Virus record (IMG/VR): IMGVR_UViG_3300033752_000251
Strand: one strand, 5' to 3'
From: an uncultured virus (IMG/VR IMGVR_UViG_3300033752_000251)
Lineage: Duplodnaviria > Heunggongvirae > Uroviricota > Caudoviricetes
Length of the DNA stretch: 64,000 nt
The translations under genes were made by a program, and so were the position numbers. Positions 58,938 to 64,000 of this stretch are shown in pieces. The notes below the pieces were generated by a model that was not told the origin of the DNA, made no database searches, and worked only from the letters and a program-made list of their open reading frames with translations. How positions within the stretch are numbered: the first letter of the stretch is position 1; each line of letters starts with the position of its first letter.

Positions 58938-59748
58938 AAAAGATACTTTCCCCAAGGCGACCAACAAATCGACCAAAAAGACGGGAAAGGACGGTCCGAC
59001 GTTCGACACTGTGGCGAACGGGTCGACCTATGTTGTCACTGAAGGAGCGACATCCTCGCCCGATGAAAGTGACGGGGTCTTGCGCGTCGACATCAAGACA
59101 ATGGTTGCACAGGAGGAGCTTGCTGAAGATGTCGCAAAACTGAATAGGCTGAGTTTTCCGGTAACCTATGAGGACCCCAGTCAGGACTGGGTCAATAATC
59201 TCCTCAATATTGAGGAGATTCCGATCGACGACACGAATGCGCGCAGGTACTTCTATGAAAAGGCACAATCGTTCATGCATAAAGCAGTAGAACAGATTGT
59301 TGCCAACAACAAGGATACTGCAAATTTCACTCAAGAGGATTGGCGACAGCTCATCAGTTCACTGATCTGGACGGCCATCTCGGAGGATGAACAGATCGCG
59401 CCGCACATGAATGACAAGCTTCGTGAACTGCTGAAAAATGTGGTCCACAAGTTTGTCAGCGAGGACAAATATGTTCTTGAAATCATGGATATGGTTGCGG
59501 CCATCCGTCTTGAGTCTGAGAAAGCCGACAAAAATAAGGCTCAAGAAGCGGCAGCTCAAGGGGAGAAAACCAGGGGGACCGATGACGATAAGGTCTTCAT
59601 GGTATCCCAAGGTAAGGTCGTTTCAATCAGCGACAATGATTCTTCCAATCCCGTTCAAGATGATAACGCCAAACCGGGAGTTTTCGCGTTTCCGAGTTTC
59701 GGTGATGTTATTTCGGGATTCGGAAATAAGCTCAGCCAAATTCGGTGA
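58930..59748 (+). CDS. acidic hypothetical protein overlapping the end of parA
   Basis: 8-nt overlap, GGAGG SD, terminator follows. Confidence 0.75.
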   Translation: MAKKDTFPKATNKSTKKTGKDGPTFDTVANGSTYVVTEGATSSPDESDGVLRVDIKTMVAQEELAEDVAKLNRLSFPVTYEDPSQDWVNNLLNIEEIPIDDTNARRYFYEKAQSFMHKAVEQIVANNKDTANFTQEDWRQLISSLIWTAISEDEQIAPHMNDKLRELLKNVVHKFVSEDKYVLEIMDMVAAIRLESEKADKNKAQEAAAQGEKTRGTDDDKVFMVSQGKVVSISDNDSSNPVQDDNAKPGVFAFPSFGDVISGFGNKLSQIR

Positions 59749-59875
59749 GTTTAAAACAGGCTGGGGGATAAATGTTCCCAGCCTGTTTTTTTTGTTTATA
59801 TATTATTAATTTGTGAAGTAGAATATGATGTGTAAGAAAACAGACAATTAACGGATAAAGATAGGAGGAATATGT

Positions 59876-61984
59876 GTGATGATTGACAAAATCAACATAA
59901 AATCTGAACTTGTTGCTTATCTTAATAATCTCAGAACTGTAGGAGATTTCGATATAGTTGTAGACAGATTGAAAAATTTGACTAAAATTAGGAGCTTGGT
60001 AAATTATTATAGTAATGCAGTTGAAAATTATGACGAAGACGATAAAGAGATAATAGAGCTGATTATTAATATCCTCCAGGAAATTTATAACAATGGCAAT
60101 ATTGAATCGCCGGTTCCTGATGAGGAGTATGACATATTATATGAAGTCCATAGAAGCATTAACGGTAATGAAATCGTTGGTGCATCTGTGGGTGTTAAAG
60201 ATATACCGACAGGATTTCACAAATATCCTGATCTGAGAGGAACTTTAGATAAAATTCATTTTATCAAGAATAGTGATAAACCTAAAAACAAGAAGGAAGT
60301 AAGGAAATCTCTTGAGGAATGGATCAAATCGTGTGAGAATCGTCTTGGGAGAAGTCTCAGAGAAAATGAGCTGGAGGTTTTGATAACCCCTAAATGGGAT
60401 GGTATTTCTATCGTATTTGAAACGGATGTAACTCATACTGTGGAGAGAGCTTTGAGTCGAGGAGATACAGATTCAAATGAGGCTGTTGACCTGACTAAGA
60501 TGTTTAAAGGTACAAGCTTTGATTTCATTGAAGAGTTTAAATATTATGAGATTGGTATCAAGACCGAAACAGTCATGAGCCGAGATAATTATGAGAAGTT
60601 CTGTAAAGATTTCGGCCATGTTAATAATCCGAGAATTGCGGTAAGTTCAATTTTCAGAACGAAAGATCTTGATAGAAAGTATCTCCCGTATATTACAATC
60701 ATCCCGTTGCAAGTTCAAAATTATGAAACCAAAGAAATAAAAATACCTAAATCAACTTTGGATGACTATCCTTCAGCAACGGCCAATTTGCGTGATTTGG
60801 ACGACATCAAAGAGAAAATTGAAAATATACGAGATGAAGTAGAGAAAAGATTCGGTATTGATATAGATGGGGTTGTCATTCGTCTCACCAATCCCATGGT
60901 TCAAGAATCCCTTGGTAGGGAAGACGGTAAGATAAATAAATTTGAAGTGGCTTACAAGTTCCCGCCGGAACAGAAGAAAACGGTATTGAAAAATGTCGAA
61001 TTCTCTGTCGGTGTATTTGGAACTGTGACACCTGTAGCAATTGTGGAACCGGTAAAACTCAATGGCAATACAATTGATAGTCCGTCCCTCGGTTCTATCG
61101 ACATTTTCGAAAGTCTTGATCTTAGAGAAGGTGACGAGGTTATTATTAAATATAATATCGTCCCATATCTGGAGAAAGATGAAACGTGTCGTAAGGGGTC
61201 AGGTAAGAAATTTACAACCCCAACGCACTGTGTATATTGTAATCAACCGTTGGTTAGGGACCCGGTTCTTCGTTGTGTAAATCTTGATTGTGATTGTAGG
61301 AAAATTGGAAAGATTGTGAACTATGTAGAAAAAATGAAGATTCCCGAAATTTCAGTGGGAACCATAACTACCCTCTACAAATATAAATTCCTCAATAGCA
61401 TTGAGGATTTGTATAAGCTTGAAAATCACGAATACATCATATCTCAACTTCCTGGATTTGGTGAAAAGTCAGTACGAAAGATGATTAAAGGAATCAATTC
61501 CAGGAAGAAAGTTTATGATTATGAATTGCTCGGCTCAATTGGTATCCCTGGCATCGGTAGGAGAATTTTTAAAAATATTTTGAATATATATTATCTTACC
61601 GAACTGCTAGACATAGCTACTAAAAACAACTATGAAAAATTGCTGAAGATCGGAGGGATACAGAAAAAGACAGCGGAAAAAGTCATTCAGGGTATTAGGA
61701 TCAATATAGATTTGATCAGATTTCTATGTTCCGTTCTTGAAGTAAAACGGGAAGAAGCAAAGGATTATAAAATGATCGTTTGCTTTACGAAAGTAAGAGA
61801 CAAAGATTTTGAAAATTATCTCAAATCTAAGGATATTGGAGTGACGGAAACTTTTAACAAAAATATCGATTTGTTGATAACTGCACCAAATGTATTAAGT
61901 TCAAAAATTGAAAAAGCTAGGAAACACAATATACCGGTAATCACAATCGATGAAGCATATAAAAAATTTGATTATAAAAGGTGA
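59876..61984 (+). CDS. ligA: NAD-dependent DNA ligase
   Basis: DEEYD, KWDG, SRGD, NPR, IDGVVI, VAYKFPPE, Zn finger, HhH repeats, BRCT. Confidence 0.93.
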   Translation: MMIDKINIKSELVAYLNNLRTVGDFDIVVDRLKNLTKIRSLVNYYSNAVENYDEDDKEIIELIINILQEIYNNGNIESPVPDEEYDILYEVHRSINGNEIVGASVGVKDIPTGFHKYPDLRGTLDKIHFIKNSDKPKNKKEVRKSLEEWIKSCENRLGRSLRENELEVLITPKWDGISIVFETDVTHTVERALSRGDTDSNEAVDLTKMFKGTSFDFIEEFKYYEIGIKTETVMSRDNYEKFCKDFGHVNNPRIAVSSIFRTKDLDRKYLPYITIIPLQVQNYETKEIKIPKSTLDDYPSATANLRDLDDIKEKIENIRDEVEKRFGIDIDGVVIRLTNPMVQESLGREDGKINKFEVAYKFPPEQKKTVLKNVEFSVGVFGTVTPVAIVEPVKLNGNTIDSPSLGSIDIFESLDLREGDEVIIKYNIVPYLEKDETCRKGSGKKFTTPTHCVYCNQPLVRDPVLRCVNLDCDCRKIGKIVNYVEKMKIPEISVGTITTLYKYKFLNSIEDLYKLENHEYIISQLPGFGEKSVRKMIKGINSRKKVYDYELLGSIGIPGIGRRIFKNILNIYYLTELLDIATKNNYEKLLKIGGIQKKTAEKVIQGIRINIDLIRFLCSVLEVKREEAKDYKMIVCFTKVRDKDFENYLKSKDIGVTETFNKNIDLLITAPNVLSSKIEKARKHNIPVITIDEAYKKFDYKR

Positions 61985-61989
61985 TTAAC

Positions 61990-62272
61990 ATGAGACGTAA
62001 GAAAATCGGCCTTCTTTCGGGAGAATATGATCTTCTGAAAGTTATCAGGGCAAAATTAATTGGGAGAAGAGAAGTTTTATGTCCCATAAGGTGTTCTTCC
62101 AAGTGTTGTGTATGAATTCTTCAAAAATATAATAAATCAAAAAACCGGCAAAGATGTCGGAAAAATTGTAATTGAATTAAGGGAAGATGGAAAAAAAATG
62201 ACAATCTCTGATGTCGTTTCATCTCTCCCCGAAGACGTGCAAATTGGAAATATAATGGAACTTGCTGAGTAA
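61990..62272 (+). pseudogene. small gene possibly split by a +1 frameshift (or two coupled mini-ORFs)
   Basis: frame 0 stops at 62113; +1 frame open 62090-62272. Confidence 0.4.
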
Positions 62273-62365
62273 AATCAATAACTAACCTTTGGTTGGTTTA
62301 GGTTGGTAAATTATTATCAACCTACTAACATATTAATGAATCTAAATTTCAGGAGGTAAAAAATC

Positions 62366-62722
62366 ATGGGAAACAAAACTAGCTTTACTCCGGTGGAAAT
62401 TGGTGAAAACGAAAAGGAAATCATGAAGATTGCTGAACGTGCTCAAAAGCTTCTGCTTGAGCAACACGGCGTTGATATTACCCATGCTGTAGGGATTCCG
62501 ACGATTGCCCGCGCGTTCCTGCTCTGCGCCATCAACTTCGTCAACGAACGGAAAGCTCCGGACACCGATTACATCCTCAATCTGATGGGACTGCTTGATA
62601 TCGGTGTAAGCCATCGGAGCGGCTCTGAAGACGCAGAAAAAGAAGGCAATTATGTCCCGATTGCTACTCCGGGACCGGAATTCAAACTCATCGTCAAAGA
62701 CGACAACGAAACCGAAGAATAA
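62366..62722 (+). CDS. HU/IHF-like DNA-binding protein
   Basis: LMGLLDIGV..R...NYVPIATPGPEFKLIVK resembles the HU C-terminal strand/helix. Confidence 0.6.
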   Translation: MGNKTSFTPVEIGENEKEIMKIAERAQKLLLEQHGVDITHAVGIPTIARAFLLCAINFVNERKAPDTDYILNLMGLLDIGVSHRSGSEDAEKEGNYVPIATPGPEFKLIVKDDNETEE

Positions 62723-62846
62723 TTCGGCCGCAAGTCCGATGGTGGTCATTAAGATCACCATCGGACCTTCATTTTAATCAAAAAGATTTCTTTTTGATTA
62801 AAATGAATAAATTTTTTGTTTAAAAGAATATGGGAGGGGATTTACA

Positions 62847-63119
62847 ATGAATAATAATCAAATGGATGTATTTTTGATTCTTGCTGAAACTAATGACTAT
62901 TCTAGGCTGGAATATGTCGGGCTTAGAGTGGGTATAAATGAAGATGATGCCATTAAGGAATTCGTTGACAAGGATAGACTCACGGCTATTCCCATAAGGG
63001 AAGTGGCTGGATATATAGTGAAACTTTTCGAAAAAGATGATCCACGGCTCAAAAATCTGTTAACGGCAAATTATACATCAGAGAAGCAGACAAACAATGA
63101 AGAAAATGTAGGGGTTTAA
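62847..63119 (+). CDS. hypothetical protein
   Basis: GGAGGGG SD. Confidence 0.65.
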   Translation: MNNNQMDVFLILAETNDYSRLEYVGLRVGINEDDAIKEFVDKDRLTAIPIREVAGYIVKLFEKDDPRLKNLLTANYTSEKQTNNEENVGV

Positions 63120-63230
63120 AAAATAAATGATTTTTTGGAAAAGAGAGGAGGTGATAAATTATATATTATTTATTAGCTTACATTACAATAGATGATATGG
63201 GAAAACTGATGTTGGGAGGTCAAAGTTGGG

Positions 63231-64000
63231 ATGAGAGATTTCATAGCGAATTATGAAAACGAAAATGAAAAACGAATTAACTACGGTCTCATTACCCGCG
63301 AATACGATGAGGACCTCATTAAACTAATTGTAAACGCATGTAAATCATTGGAGGTCCTTGAATATATTAAATTTCTCGGTTATACATTCATTGAGGATGA
63401 GAAAGAGATTGATCTCAATGAATATATGACTACCCGTAAAAAATCCAGAAAGAAATCCGATACGCGCTACATGTACATGCAAGATAGCAGATACATGGAG
63501 CTTCGTCTCAAGTTCAAGCTGGAATGTAAGGGTGAGGAAGCGATCGTAACTAAGAAGCTTCTTATCCCAGTAGCTGACGAAAATGGCTACTATACAATCA
63601 AAGGTAAGAAATATCTTTTGCTCTATCAATTGGTAGATTCTTCTACCTATACAACTCGCCAGAATTTGACACTTAAATCTCTGGTTCCAGTAGTTCTTAA
63701 ACGTGTTAAAGGGGAGTTTGAGGATACCGACGGTAATTTTTATACTGCCCCCACATATTTGCTTATCTTTAGGAAAGAGATAGACCTTTTACTGATTTAT
63801 TTTGCGAAAATGGGTGTTACCAAAACCCTTAAATTCTTCAGCGTTGATAAAGTGGTTAGATTCGTTGAAGAAGAAGGGGATAAAGAGAATAACATCTATT
63901 TCAAGATAAAAAATAAACTATTTTTGGAAGTAAACCGTTATTTCTTTCTAAAGTATCAATATGTGCAATCAATAGTGTCCATGATTCTGCGATTTGTTAC
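63231..64000 (+). CDS. RNA polymerase beta subunit N-terminal piece (runs off window; not in ORF track)
   Basis: open frame MRDFIANYENEN...LLIPVADENGYYTIKGKKYLLLYQLV resembles RpoB IP.MT..G.FIING.ERV.VSQL; early motif at 63160. Confidence 0.8.
   Translation, partial: MRDFIANYENENEKRINYGLITREYDEDLIKLIVNACKSLEVLEYIKFLGYTFIEDEKEIDLNEYMTTRKKSRKKSDTRYMYMQDSRYMELRLKFKLECKGEEAIVTKKLLIPVADENGYYTIKGKKYLLLYQLVDSSTYTTRQNLTLKSLVPVVLKRVKGEFEDTDGNFYTAPTYLLIFRKEIDLLLIYFAKMGVTKTLKFFSVDKVVRFVEEEGDKENNIYFKIKNKLFLEVNRYFFLKYQYVQSIVSMILRFV

Noticed and set aside
1..64000. Genome-wide stop-codon reassignment
   Set aside because: Long genes are intact in code 11, and TAA, TAG and TGA all end genes before terminators or overlapping starts
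1..64000. tRNA, rRNA, integrase or transposase genes
   Set aside because: None recognised by eye; tRNAscan-SE and HMM searches are needed to confirm

Overview
This window is a 64-kb segment of an AT-rich jumbo phage of the AR9/PBS1/phiKZ-like type. The host is probably an S-layer-bearing Firmicute, because the endolysin carries SLH domains and the captured tail DNA looks Bacillales-like. Transcription genes: four pieces of split multisubunit RNA polymerase (beta' N-terminal with NADFDGD, beta N-terminal, beta C-terminal, and a second short beta C-terminal piece). Replication and repair genes: GyrB/GyrA-like topoisomerase II, NAD ligase, RecA/UvsX, DnaB, Mre11/SbcD, a RecD/Dda helicase and an HU-like protein. 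Also present are a tubulin/FtsZ-family GTPase, a plasmid-type ParA, PPK1, an HD alarmone hydrolase, a CgeB-like glycosyltransferase, a lysis cassette and a minus-strand tail module. Two AR9-like promoter motifs recur before genes (TATATATTAT and AACW-N6-TA). Four things stand out. (1) Two paralogous 14-blade beta-propeller genes are built from near-identical 132-bp repeats whose variation is concentrated in about 7 codons, with a collapsed third paralog between them. (2) A GC-rich captured prophage cassette of about 2 kb is flanked by a perfect 75-bp direct repeat, and its excision would swap the tail-fibre C-terminus in frame. (3) An unannotated GC-rich rod-shaped ncRNA candidate of about 240 nt has its own promoter motif and terminator. 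(4) Several small genes are broken by +1 frameshifts or an in-frame TGA while the long genes are intact. All functional calls come from manual motif recognition; no database searches were run.
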